From: an uncultured delta proteobacterium
GTDB taxonomy: Bacteria > Desulfobacterota > Binatia > UBA9968
Length of the DNA: 64,000 nt
Reading direction: 5' to 3'
Assembly: GCA_963760795.1 (NCBI GenBank)
Contig: CAVXEP010000012.1
Location: forward strand, 288,001-352,000
Shown: in pieces, positions 20,750 through 30,811 of the stretch
How the letters are laid out: each line of letters starts with the position of its first letter
How positions within the stretch are numbered: position 1 is the first letter of the stretch
Program-made: the position numbers and the translations under genes
The notes under the pieces: generated by a model
Told to the model about the DNA's origin: nothing
Databases searched by the model: none
What the model saw: only the letters and a program-made list of their open reading frames with translations

Positions 20750-20802
20750 CTCCGTCCTCCGATATGGTTTGCAAATTCCCTTGCTTCGAGACTGAACGTC
20801 AC

Positions 20803-22206
20803 TCACATTCCCGGAGTGATCATCTCTTCGGGCTTGATCCACTTGTCCATGTCCTCAGCCTTGACCAGGCCCAGCGCCAGCGCGGCTTCCTTGAGAGTAG
20901 TGCCCTCGGCGTGGGCCTTCTTGGCGATCTTGGCGGCGTTGTCGTAGCCAATGTGCGGATTGAGCGCGGTGACCAGCATCAGGCTTTTATTCATCAGCTC
21001 GTCGATGCGCGCAGTGTTAGGCCGGAGGCCCGCGATGCAATGGTGCGTGAAGCCCTCGACCCCCTTGGCCAAAAGCTTGGCCGAGTGAATGAAATTGTGG
21101 ATGATCAACGGCTTAAAAACGTTAAGCTCGAAGTTGCCGCTGGCGCCGCCGACATTGACAGCCACGTCGTTGCCCAAGACCTGGGCGCAGATCATGGTGA
21201 GAGCCTCGCTCTGGGTCGGATTGACCTTGCCGGGCATGATGGAGCTGCCGGGCTCGTTCTCCGGAATGCTGATTTCGCCCAGGCCGGCGCGGGGACCCGA
21301 GGCCAGCCAACGCACGTCGTTAGCGATCTTCATCAGGGAACAGGCCAGGGTCTTGAGTGCTCCATGAGCAAAAACCAATGCGTCATGGCCGGCCAAGGCT
21401 TCAAATTTGTTAGGGGCGCTGACGAAGGGCTGCCCGGTGAGCGCGGCGATCTTGGCTGCGCCCTTGGCGGCGAACTCGGGATGCGTGTTGAGGCCGGTGC
21501 CCACCGCCGTGCCGCCCAGCGCCAGCTCGTAAAGGTGGGGCAGGGTCATGGCGATGCGCTGTATTCCGTGGTCCACCATCTGCGCCCAGCCCGAAATCTC
21601 TTGACCGAGGCTCAGCGGCACCGCGTCCATCAGGTGGGTGCGGCCGATCTTGATCACCTTGTCGTAGGCGCTCGCCTTGTCGTCGAGGTTCTTCTTCAAA
21701 TCCTTCAACGCCTCGACCAGGCCGGCCAAAACCTCCACGGCGGCAATATGCATGGCGGTGGGAAAGGTGTCGTTGGAGCTTTGCGCTTTGTTGACGTCGT
21801 CGTTGGGGTGGATCGGTTTCTTGCTCCCCATCACGCCGCTGGAAATTTCGATTGCCCGGTTGCTGATGACCTCGTTGACATTCATATTGGTCTGGGTGCC
21901 CGAGCCGGTCTGCCAAATGACCAGCGGAAAATGGTCGTCAAGCCTTCCCGAGATAACTTCGTCGGCGACCTGCGTGATTAGGTCGCCCTTTTCATTGTCC
22001 AGAAGTTTCAGCTCGACATTGGCCATGGCTGCGGCCTTTTTCAGGATGCCGAAGGCCTTGATAAGCTCTCGCGGCATCGTGTCCCGCCCCGCCCCGGCCT
22101 GGAAATACTTCAGCGAACGCTCAGTCTGAGCCCCCCAATAACGGTCCGCCGCGACCGCAATTTCACCCATGGTATCTTTTTCGATGCGAGTGTCAGCCAT
22201 TGCCAT
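20803..22206 (-). CDS. fumC: Class II fumarate hydratase
   Basis: [38 protein letters not shown] signature. Confidence 0.96.
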   Translation of the reverse strand: MAMADTRIEKDTMGEIAVAADRYWGAQTERSLKYFQAGAGRDTMPRELIKAFGILKKAAAMANVELKLLDNEKGDLITQVADEVISGRLDDHFPLVIWQTGSGTQTNMNVNEVISNRAIEISSGVMGSKKPIHPNDDVNKAQSSNDTFPTAMHIAAVEVLAGLVEALKDLKKNLDDKASAYDKVIKIGRTHLMDAVPLSLGQEISGWAQMVDHGIQRIAMTLPHLYELALGGTAVGTGLNTHPEFAAKGAAKIAALTGQPFVSAPNKFEALAGHDALVFAHGALKTLACSLMKIANDVRWLASGPRAGLGEISIPENEPGSSIMPGKVNPTQSEALTMICAQVLGNDVAVNVGGASGNFELNVFKPLIIHNFIHSAKLLAKGVEGFTHHCIAGLRPNTARIDELMNKSLMLVTALNPHIGYDNAAKIAKKAHAEGTTLKEAALALGLVKAEDMDKWIKPEEMITPGM

Positions 22207-22237
22207 GCTCCTTTCTTCTGCCGCTCCTTCCGGAGCG

Positions 22238-22265
22238 GTTCAAAGTTCAAGGTTCAAAGTTCAAC
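22238..22265. repeat. Heptamer tandem repeat (GTTCAAN)x4
   Basis: GTTCAAA GTTCAAG GTTCAAA GTTCAAC in the frdA-fumC gap. Confidence 0.85.
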
Positions 22266-22284
22266 GTCAGACCCGGAACTAAAG

Positions 22285-24264
22285 CTAGAGTCTTTCGTCA
22301 ATCCGTTCATTCCTGCCGCGGAGAGGTTTGGGCAACAGATGTTCGTAGGACATCAGCTGCTCTTGCACCGCGAAACGGTCGGCGCCGTCGCGGCGCTGCT
22401 GAAGCGCTTCGATCTCGGCGAGACGCTTGGCCGTGTCGGGATGGTCGATGTGATCCTTGGCGCCGTAGCCGCGCCAGCCGGGCGGCAGCTCCATCTTCAT
22501 GATGTCGAGTTGTTCGTAGGCGAGGGACGGCAGGGTGTCGGTCTCTGATTTCCAAGTGGCTAGAGTGCGATTCAGCCATTGGGCGTCGTTGCGGCGCGGA
22601 AAGTCCTCGCGGAAGTGAGCGCCGCGGCTTTCGGTTCGCTGGAGCGCGCCATAGGCGACACACAGTGCCATCTTGAGCATCTTCTGCACCCGATAGGCCG
22701 TCACCAGTTCGGGATTAGCGCCGCGCGCCTTGTAGCGCAGGCCGATGTTGCGACTGCGCAACGAAAGCTGCTGCAGTTCGTGCACCGCCTCCTCCAACAC
22801 TGGGCCTCTGCGAAAGATGCCGACTTTATTAGTCATGATCGTCTGCATCTGGGCCATGACCGCAGCGGCGTTTTCCGTGCCGCGGCCGTCGACCAAGGCA
22901 TCGATTTTTGCTTGCTCGCGCTGCAGCGTTTCCTGAATGAGACCGGTAGGAATACTCGCGCCCGGGTCGGACCGCTCGCAAAAATCAGCGATGAACTCGC
23001 CGACGATCATGCCGGCCGCCACCGTCTCGGCCACCGAGTTGCCGCCCAAGCGGTTAAAGCCGTGCATGTCCCAGCAGGCCGCTTCGCCGGCCGAAAACAA
23101 TCCCTTCAAGGTCGGGCTTTCGCCGGTGTGGTTGGTGCGCACGCCGCCCATGGTGTAGTGCTGCGCCGGCCTGACCGGCACCCACTCCTTCACCGGATCG
23201 ACGCCGAGAAAATAGTGGCAGATTTCATAAACCTCGCGCAGGTTGTGTTTGATGTGGTGTTCGCCCAAGAGCGTGATGTCCAGCCAGAGATGATCGCCGA
23301 AGGGTGTTTTGACGCCCTTGCCTTTGGCGATGTGCTCTTCCATGCGGCGCGAGACCACGTCGCGCGAGGCAAGCTCTCTTTTCTCCGGCTCGTAATCCGG
23401 CATGAAGCGATGGCCGTCGACATCTTTCAATAACCCGCCGTCGCCGCGGGCGCCCTCGGTAAGCAGAATTCCGGGAGGAAAGGCCGGCGTCGGGTGAAAC
23501 TGCACCGCCTCCATGTTGCCCAGGGCAGCAACGCCGGTCTCCAGCGCGATGGCGGTCGGAATACCTTCGGAGATCACCGCATTCGTCGTCACACGATAGA
23601 GCCGCCCTGCTCCGCCGCCGGTAATCGCGGTGGCCTTGGCGACGTAAGCAGCCAGCTCCCCGGTAACAAGATTTCGCACCACGGCGCCGTAACAGCGACT
23701 GCCGTCGTGGATCAACGCGATTGCCTCGGCCCTTTCATGCACCGGTATTTTCTGGGCAATCGCCTGATCGCTCATCGTATTGAGCATGGCGTGGCCGGTG
23801 CCGTCCGAAACAAAACAGGTGCGCCACTTGTTGGTGCCGCCGAAGGCGCGCTGAGCGATCAGGCCATGGGCTTCGTCGCGCTCGGTGATGGTGACTTTTT
23901 GGCCGTTGATGATGACGTCGCGATCGCCCTTGGTCACCCGGCTCCAGGGCAGGCCCCAGGCCGCCAGCTCGCGCACCGCTTTGGGCGCGGTATTGACGAA
24001 CATCCGCACGACTTCCTGATCGGCGCCCCAGTCGCTACCGCGGACGGTGTCTTCGAAGTGAATGTCTTCGTTGTCGCCTTGACCCTTGATCACATTGGCA
24101 AGACTGGCCTGCATGCCGCCCTGCGCCGCGGCTGAATGCGAACGCTTGGGCGGCACCAATGAAAGAATAATCACGTCGTGGCCGCGCCGTTTGGCGCCGA
24201 TGCCGATGCGCAGTCCCGCCAGCCCGCCGCCGATGACCAAAACGTCTGTGTAAATTATTTTCAT
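22285..24264 (-). CDS. frdA: Fumarate reductase flavoprotein subunit (Wolinella type)
   Basis: [16 protein letters not shown] (FAD histidine), [36 protein letters not shown]. Confidence 0.95.
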   Translation of the reverse strand: MKIIYTDVLVIGGGLAGLRIGIGAKRRGHDVIILSLVPPKRSHSAAAQGGMQASLANVIKGQGDNEDIHFEDTVRGSDWGADQEVVRMFVNTAPKAVRELAAWGLPWSRVTKGDRDVIINGQKVTITERDEAHGLIAQRAFGGTNKWRTCFVSDGTGHAMLNTMSDQAIAQKIPVHERAEAIALIHDGSRCYGAVVRNLVTGELAAYVAKATAITGGGAGRLYRVTTNAVISEGIPTAIALETGVAALGNMEAVQFHPTPAFPPGILLTEGARGDGGLLKDVDGHRFMPDYEPEKRELASRDVVSRRMEEHIAKGKGVKTPFGDHLWLDITLLGEHHIKHNLREVYEICHYFLGVDPVKEWVPVRPAQHYTMGGVRTNHTGESPTLKGLFSAGEAACWDMHGFNRLGGNSVAETVAAGMIVGEFIADFCERSDPGASIPTGLIQETLQREQAKIDALVDGRGTENAAAVMAQMQTIMTNKVGIFRRGPVLEEAVHELQQLSLRSRNIGLRYKARGANPELVTAYRVQKMLKMALCVAYGALQRTESRGAHFREDFPRRNDAQWLNRTLATWKSETDTLPSLAYEQLDIMKMELPPGWRGYGAKDHIDHPDTAKRLAEIEALQQRRDGADRFAVQEQLMSYEHLLPKPLRGRNERIDERL

Positions 24265-24331
24265 GGCTTACTTCTTCCTTTTGAAATGTTCGTCAGAAGT
24301 ACTTCAAGAAATTCTCTCCTGCCAAGCAACC

Positions 24332-25105
24332 CTAGCGTTGCTGCGCCGGCGCGCCGTAGGACGGCACATAGCGCTCGCCAAGCCGATCGCGGCGCTCGTG
24401 GCCGAGCTTCATGTACGCCGCCAGGGTCAGCAGTCCGAGCGTCAAGAAAAATATCGTGATTGCCCACTTGAGCCGTTTGAGTATTGTGCGCGTCCGATTC
24501 GGATCTTCGCCTTCGAACCAGCCCCACTTTACCGCCAACCGGTAAAGTCCGACGCCGCCGTGCAGTTCGACGGCAAACAACAGGATCAGATACAGCGGCC
24601 ACCAGCGGCCGCTCCACACGCGCTCCGCCGATTCGTAAGGGCCGATGTCGCCGGGATGCATGAGCATCTGGTATAGATGAACCGAAGCCAGAAAGAACAG
24701 CGCAAAGCCGGTCCACGCCTGCACCCACCACAGCGTGGTGTCCTCATGGCGCAGCATTTGCCGGTGGCTGGCGAAACTTTTGTATTCTTGAAAGTTCGCA
24801 GGAAATTTTCGCATGGCGAGCAAGCCATGGAGCACGAACATAAACGAAACCAAGACGACGACTGCAGCCACGATGCCGGGATAGCTTTTGCCCAGGATAA
24901 ACTGTCCCTCGAACATCTTGGTCACCCACCACATGGCATCGTTGCTGATCAGGATCGTCGACACGAAAGCCATGTGACCCCACATAAAAAGCCCGAGGAA
25001 CAAACCGCTGGCACTCTGGATAAGATCCAAGCGCGCCGGCCAGTGACTTTTTCGCGTTTTCTGGTCCAGACCGGTTCCGGCAATGACATCGACTTGATGG
25101 TTCAT
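24332..25105 (-). CDS. frdC: Fumarate reductase cytochrome b subunit (single diheme anchor)
   Basis: ARLDLIQSASGLFLGLFMWGHM, HGLLAMRKFP, ELHGGVGLYRLAVKWG; five TM segments. Confidence 0.92.
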   Translation of the reverse strand: MNHQVDVIAGTGLDQKTRKSHWPARLDLIQSASGLFLGLFMWGHMAFVSTILISNDAMWWVTKMFEGQFILGKSYPGIVAAVVVLVSFMFVLHGLLAMRKFPANFQEYKSFASHRQMLRHEDTTLWWVQAWTGFALFFLASVHLYQMLMHPGDIGPYESAERVWSGRWWPLYLILLFAVELHGGVGLYRLAVKWGWFEGEDPNRTRTILKRLKWAITIFFLTLGLLTLAAYMKLGHERRDRLGERYVPSYGAPAQQR

Positions 25106-25125
25106 GGTATTGCTCCTCGTCTAAC

Positions 25126-25251
25126 AATTACACGCTGATTACTTTCAACGAGGTCGTCACTGGCGAGAAGCCCGACTGGGTATTCGGGCGCCAGCTGTGC
25201 ATGCACTGCGAACACCCAGCTTGCGCGTCGGCTTGTCGATCTGCGCCGTGA
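25126..25251 (+). pseudogene. Fragment of a 4Fe-4S dicluster protein (HybA/FdnH/NrfC-like)
   Basis: Manual translation NYTLITFNEVVTGEKPDWVFGRQLCMHCEHPACASAC then stop; CMHCxxPxCxxxC motif. Confidence 0.7.
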
Positions 25252-25300
25252 TGCCGGCGGGCGAAAGATCGCCTTGACCTTGTGCTACCGCATAACACAG

Positions 25301-25316
25301 TTGAATCTTGGTCCAA
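25301..25316. promoter_or_regulatory. Operator variant TTGAAT-CTTG-GTCCAA upstream of frdC
   Basis: Two mismatches to the consensus in the left arm; ~195 bp before the frdC start. Confidence 0.6.
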
Positions 25317-25385
25317 CATGAAAACACTGAACCTTAACCCAAAGTTCATACGATTGGCTCAACCTGCTGACGGTTCGATAACCGG

Positions 25386-26809
<1,424 letters not shown>

Positions 26810-26851
26810 AGATCCTCCTCAAACGATTCTGCCCGTGATTCTTTTCATCAC

Positions 26852-27008
26852 TAACGGTTTACTGAAAAACCCGGATTGCAGGCTGCTCAAAAAGATCTCA
26901 GAGGCGAGGCGCGCGAAAAATCGACGAGCGGAGGCGTACATCGGCGGTACGTTGACACGAGGCGATTGAGCGCAACGAAGCATATGAGTCTTTTTCAGCG
27001 GCCTGCTA
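26852..27008. mobile_element. MITE-like element, copy 1
   Basis: TA-flanked, imperfect terminal inverted repeats (CTGAAAAA...TTTTTCAG); near-identical copy at 59182-59335. Confidence 0.8.
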
Positions 27009-27461
27009 AAGATGTCCCACCGAGTCGTGGCAGCGCAGGCAAGCGAGTTGCCCGCCGGCCGGCGCCGGATGTGCCGGCTCGATGGCGCCGACAATCTCCC
27101 CGTGGCAGTTGCGACAGGCTTGCTCGGCGATCTCCCGGCTGTGCGGTTTGATTTGAATATTGTCTTCGTAGCCGCCGGTGGTGAAAAAGAACGAATGCCA
27201 GAAGCCGTTGGACGCCTTCGTCGCATACTTGCCGATGAAGTTCGCCGGCGTGTGGCAGCTGTTGCAGGTGGCAACGGCGCGGTGCGATGATTTGAGCCAG
27301 CCGTCGTACTGTTCGCTCATGACGTGGCAGTTGGCGCAGGCCGCCGGGTCATCGGTCAAATAGGACCAGCCCCGGGCATACGCGAAGGTGTAAGCGCCGA
27401 TACCGACAGCGATGCCGATAATCACCCCGAGCAGGATTCCTTGGATGGTGCGAGGTTTCAT
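27006..27461 (-). CDS. nrfH: Cytochrome c nitrite reductase small subunit (tetraheme quinol dehydrogenase)
   Basis: N-terminal TM helix; CANCHVM, CNSCH, CRNCH, CLRCHDSVGH; upstream of nrfA. Confidence 0.94.
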   Translation of the reverse strand: MKPRTIQGILLGVIIGIAVGIGAYTFAYARGWSYLTDDPAACANCHVMSEQYDGWLKSSHRAVATCNSCHTPANFIGKYATKASNGFWHSFFFTTGGYEDNIQIKPHSREIAEQACRNCHGEIVGAIEPAHPAPAGGQLACLRCHDSVGHL

Positions 27462-27522
27462 CTTGTTGCCGGCCTCGGCCTGTGGAGTATTCGCCGCTAG
27501 GGATATCACTCGCGTTACGCCG

Positions 27523-27549
27523 TTGATATCAGGGATTCCCTGATTTCAA
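27523..27549. promoter_or_regulatory. 27-bp inverted repeat upstream of nrfH
   Basis: TTGATATCAGGGA-T-TCCCTGATTTCAA, 12 of 13 arm positions paired. Confidence 0.5.
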
Positions 27550-27755
27550 TTGCTAAATCCTGCGACGGCAAGCGCCGCGGCGAAGAACATCACCGGAGCG
27601 GGGAGGCGTCCAACGTTGCTCCACCGCGACCGCGATGGGCACTTGCCTGCGGGTTCGGGTTTCATGATCGCAATTCTGTCAGCAGTTGACCTTTCTTAAA
27701 GAAATCGACTGCCTGAACAATCTCCGCTCCTTGCAAATGTCAGTTATCGCCGGTG

Positions 27756-28541
27756 CTAGGTATCTTCAGATTGTCCCGCATACCACGTGACTGCCCGGCT
27801 CCGCCAATCAAAACGGATCGCCAGGAGGCGCAAGAGAAACGTTAGTCCAATTGCCAAGAAAGCCGCCCTTTCCACTTCCATGTGTGCCGCGGTCGCGAGA
27901 ACAACAAAACAGATACAACCGACAAGCGCGGTCAAGGCATAGAACTGGCCAGGCTTGAAAAGGAGAGGCACTTCGCGCGTCAGCACATCGCGCAGCAAGC
28001 CGCCGCCAACTGCGTTTATGGTCCCCACCAAAATAGCCGCGAGAACCGATAGGCCTGCATTCAAAGATTTCTGCGCCCCGACAACGGCGTAGATACCTAG
28101 ACCGAGAGCATCCACCAAAGACAACACGGTTGCGTACGTCCAAGTCAGCCGCCGTTCGAGACCGCTCAGTTGAAACGCCACTCGCGAGTTTCGCTGGGCG
28201 TCTGTCTCGTAGGGGACTTCGGCTCGCACAGCCGGCGCCGGAACGCCGCTCAGAATGCGCCGGACCGGCGGCACAAAGCGGCCGATGACAATCGTTCCTA
28301 AAACCGCCGCCATGATCACTGGCATATAGTAAAGCTCAGTCAGGACCGTCGGTGGACCCGCCTGAATGAAGATACCGTCACGGATTAGCCCGCCGCCCAC
28401 GGCCGTTGTAAATGCCAGGGCAAAGACACCGATGATATCGTAGCCACTGCGCATACCCGCCAGGGCACCGGTAATGGCGAACAAGGATGTCGCCACCAAG
28501 TCGAAGGCCAGCGGAAGTTGGAACTCGGCTGGCAGCATCAC
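27756..28541 (-). CDS. TRIC/UPF0126 (YadS-like) membrane protein
   Basis: FAITGA, TAVGGGLIRD, DALGLG and NAVGGGLLRDVL twin repeats. Confidence 0.9.
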   Translation of the reverse strand: MMLPAEFQLPLAFDLVATSLFAITGALAGMRSGYDIIGVFALAFTTAVGGGLIRDGIFIQAGPPTVLTELYYMPVIMAAVLGTIVIGRFVPPVRRILSGVPAPAVRAEVPYETDAQRNSRVAFQLSGLERRLTWTYATVLSLVDALGLGIYAVVGAQKSLNAGLSVLAAILVGTINAVGGGLLRDVLTREVPLLFKPGQFYALTALVGCICFVVLATAAHMEVERAAFLAIGLTFLLRLLAIRFDWRSRAVTWYAGQSEDT

Positions 28542-28565
28542 ATCTCCATGACCGGGCGGCTGCGT

Positions 28566-28760
28566 TCAGGACATGAGCCAGACAATAATGGTGCCCCAGG
28601 TGGTGAGCAGGATGTGGCCGAATGCCACCGAACCGGAATAACCGAGGACGGCTACGGGGCTACCGGACTTTTCTTGCACAGCGGCGAGCGCCGCCGTCAT
28701 CGTTTGCGCCCCCGCCAAACCGCCAGCAGCAGAGGATCGAGCTTCAGTACATAGCGGCCC
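28566..28760 (-). pseudogene. C-terminal remnant of an AspT-family antiporter
   Basis: GRYVLKLDPLLL/GGLAGAQTMTAALAAVQEKSGSPVAVLGYSGSVAFGHILLTTWGTIIVWLMS*, homologous to the ends of 37829-39535 and 41340-43031. Confidence 0.8.
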
Positions 28761-28818
28761 GTACTAGATTCTGGTGAGTTTCGAACGCCCGCCTCCATTG
28801 GCCGGACCGCGGTTATTT

Positions 28819-29256
28819 TTACTTGCGCGGCTTCGCCTTCTGCAGCTCGGCCCGGTAGGAGATACCGTCCTTCCCCTTGCCCTCGGCTTTCAGCATGGAT
28901 TGCTCCTTGGTCTTGTCGGTAAAAAGCTGGATCGTTAGGTTGCCCTTTTCTCCTTGAGCAACCGCTTTGCCGTCTTTGACGGTCAAATTGCCCTTGCCGC
29001 TGAACACGCCGACGGTCCGATAACTGACAAATTCGTAATCTCCGTTATCTTGGATGCTGACGTTCACCCAATCATCATTTGTCGCTTTCGGCGTTCGAAT
29101 CATGAGTCCTTCCCATTTTCCGGCGATACTCTTAATATCGGCAATCTGCGTGGGCGACCACTGGGTCTTTTCCGCCGAAAACGCAACACAAACGAGCGCT
29201 GCTTGGACTGCGACGACAAACCCGCTGACTCGGACAAAACCCATAATTCGTCTCAT
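28819..29256 (-). CDS. Hypothetical exported beta-rich protein
   Basis: GGGGAG RBS; signal-peptide-like N-terminus; IAGKWEG motif. Confidence 0.65.
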   Translation of the reverse strand: MRRIMGFVRVSGFVVAVQAALVCVAFSAEKTQWSPTQIADIKSIAGKWEGLMIRTPKATNDDWVNVSIQDNGDYEFVSYRTVGVFSGKGNLTVKDGKAVAQGEKGNLTIQLFTDKTKEQSMLKAEGKGKDGISYRAELQKAKPRK

Positions 29257-29288
29257 AAAATCTCCCCTATGACTTGAATCTAATATTC

Positions 29289-29380
29289 CCCGCAGCTTGC
29301 TGCGGGCACAAAATTGCTGGGGTTTCCAAAGGGGGTTGAACATCCCCTTTGGTCGCGAGCGGGGTCATACCCCGATCGCG
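29289..29380 (-). terminator. Cluster of three GC-rich hairpins after the RND operon (terminator or REP-like)
   Basis: CCCGCAGC/GCTGCGGG, CCAAAGGGG/CCCCTTTGG and CGCGAGCGGGGT/ACCCCGATCGCG, starting ~30 bp past the OMF stop. Confidence 0.45.
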
Positions 29381-29409
29381 AAATGCCCGTTGATTGACTT
29401 GAACTTCAA

Positions 29410-30810
29410 TCACGGCTGCCACCCGCCGCCGAGAGCGCGGTAGAGTTGCACCACGGCGTTGATTTGATCGCCGCGAGCGCGCGCGAGCAACAGTTCCTGG
29501 TCGAAGAGCTGCTGGTCGGCGATCAAAATCTCCAGGTAGTTCGCCAGCCCAGTGTCATAGCGCAGGCGCGACAGGCGCGCGGCATTTGCCAGAGCCTGAA
29601 CGCTGATTTCCAACTCGAAGCGCACATCTTTGAGCTTTTCAATATTTACCAGCGAGTCGGCTACTTCGCGGAAACCGTTCTGCGCCGCCTTCTCGTATTG
29701 AGCCAGCGCCTGGTCAAAGCGCGCCTTGGTGCCTTCATAGTTCCAGAATATGCGCCAGCCCTGGAAGATCGGCTGGAATAGACCGCCAGAAACCGACCAA
29801 ATCGCCGTGCGCCTGTCAACGATGTTAGAGAGTTCGTGGCTGTTGCTGCCGAGCGCGGCGCTGAGCGAGAAGTTGGGAAAGAACAGCGCCTTTGCCGCGC
29901 CGATGTTGGCATTGGCGGCCACCAGCAATTGCTCCGCGCTTTGCACGTCGGGACGCCGTTCGAGCAACGCCGATGGCAAACCGGTGGGAATCGCCGGTGG
30001 CTGGTACTGGTCGGTTAAAACCGTCCCCCGCGGAATCGCGCCGGGATTACGCCCTTGCAGAAAGCTGATGAGATTTTCTTGAACGGCAATCCGGCGTTCC
30101 AGATCGGGAATAACCGACGCGGTGCGCGAGCGATTGGCGATCGCCTGGTCCAGCTCAAGCTGATTGGAAACGCCGCCGTCAAGCCGTCTCTGGTAGTATG
30201 CCACTGTCTCGTCATTGACTCTCAAGGTCCGCCGGCTGATCTCTAGCTCCAGGTCAAGCTCGCGCAACGAGAAATAAGACTGGGCGATATCGGCGATCAA
30301 GATGATCATTACACCACGCCGGTCCATTTCGCTGGCGAAGTAAACAGCGTTAGCCGCTTCCGCTTCACGCCGAACCCTGCCGAACACATCCATCTCCCAC
30401 ACCATACCGAAACCGGCGGCCCAATTTTGGTACGTGCGGCTGGCGCCGAATGACTGCGGTGGCTCGCTCAGCCGCGAGACCTGCTGCACGCTGCCGCCGC
30501 CGTTAAAACTGACTTGAGGATAAAGAAAGGAACGCGCGACTCCGATTTGGCTCCGCGCCTCCTCCACACGGGCGGCAGCGGTGCGCAAATCGTAGTTGTT
30601 GCGCAAAGCCTCACGGGTCAGTTCCTGGAGCACCGGATCCTTGAAGACTTCCCACCAGGCAACATCCGCAAGCGACTCCGGCGTTGGTGTTCCCTGCAGC
30701 CCCCGGTAGTTATCCGGGGTTGAGACTGGCGGACGACTATAGTCGGGGCCAACGGCGCATCCGGTGAAAAAGAGACAAACAACGACCGCGCTGAGAACAA
30801 CTCGCCTCAT
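29410..30810 (-). CDS. RND efflux outer membrane factor lipoprotein (NodT/OprM type)
   Basis: FTGCAVGPDY lipobox, WWEVFKDP, LLERRPDV, LYRALGGGW. Confidence 0.93.
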   Translation of the reverse strand: MRRVVLSAVVVCLFFTGCAVGPDYSRPPVSTPDNYRGLQGTPTPESLADVAWWEVFKDPVLQELTREALRNNYDLRTAAARVEEARSQIGVARSFLYPQVSFNGGGSVQQVSRLSEPPQSFGASRTYQNWAAGFGMVWEMDVFGRVRREAEAANAVYFASEMDRRGVMIILIADIAQSYFSLRELDLELEISRRTLRVNDETVAYYQRRLDGGVSNQLELDQAIANRSRTASVIPDLERRIAVQENLISFLQGRNPGAIPRGTVLTDQYQPPAIPTGLPSALLERRPDVQSAEQLLVAANANIGAAKALFFPNFSLSAALGSNSHELSNIVDRRTAIWSVSGGLFQPIFQGWRIFWNYEGTKARFDQALAQYEKAAQNGFREVADSLVNIEKLKDVRFELEISVQALANAARLSRLRYDTGLANYLEILIADQQLFDQELLLARARGDQINAVVQLYRALGGGWQP

Positions 30811-30811
30811 C

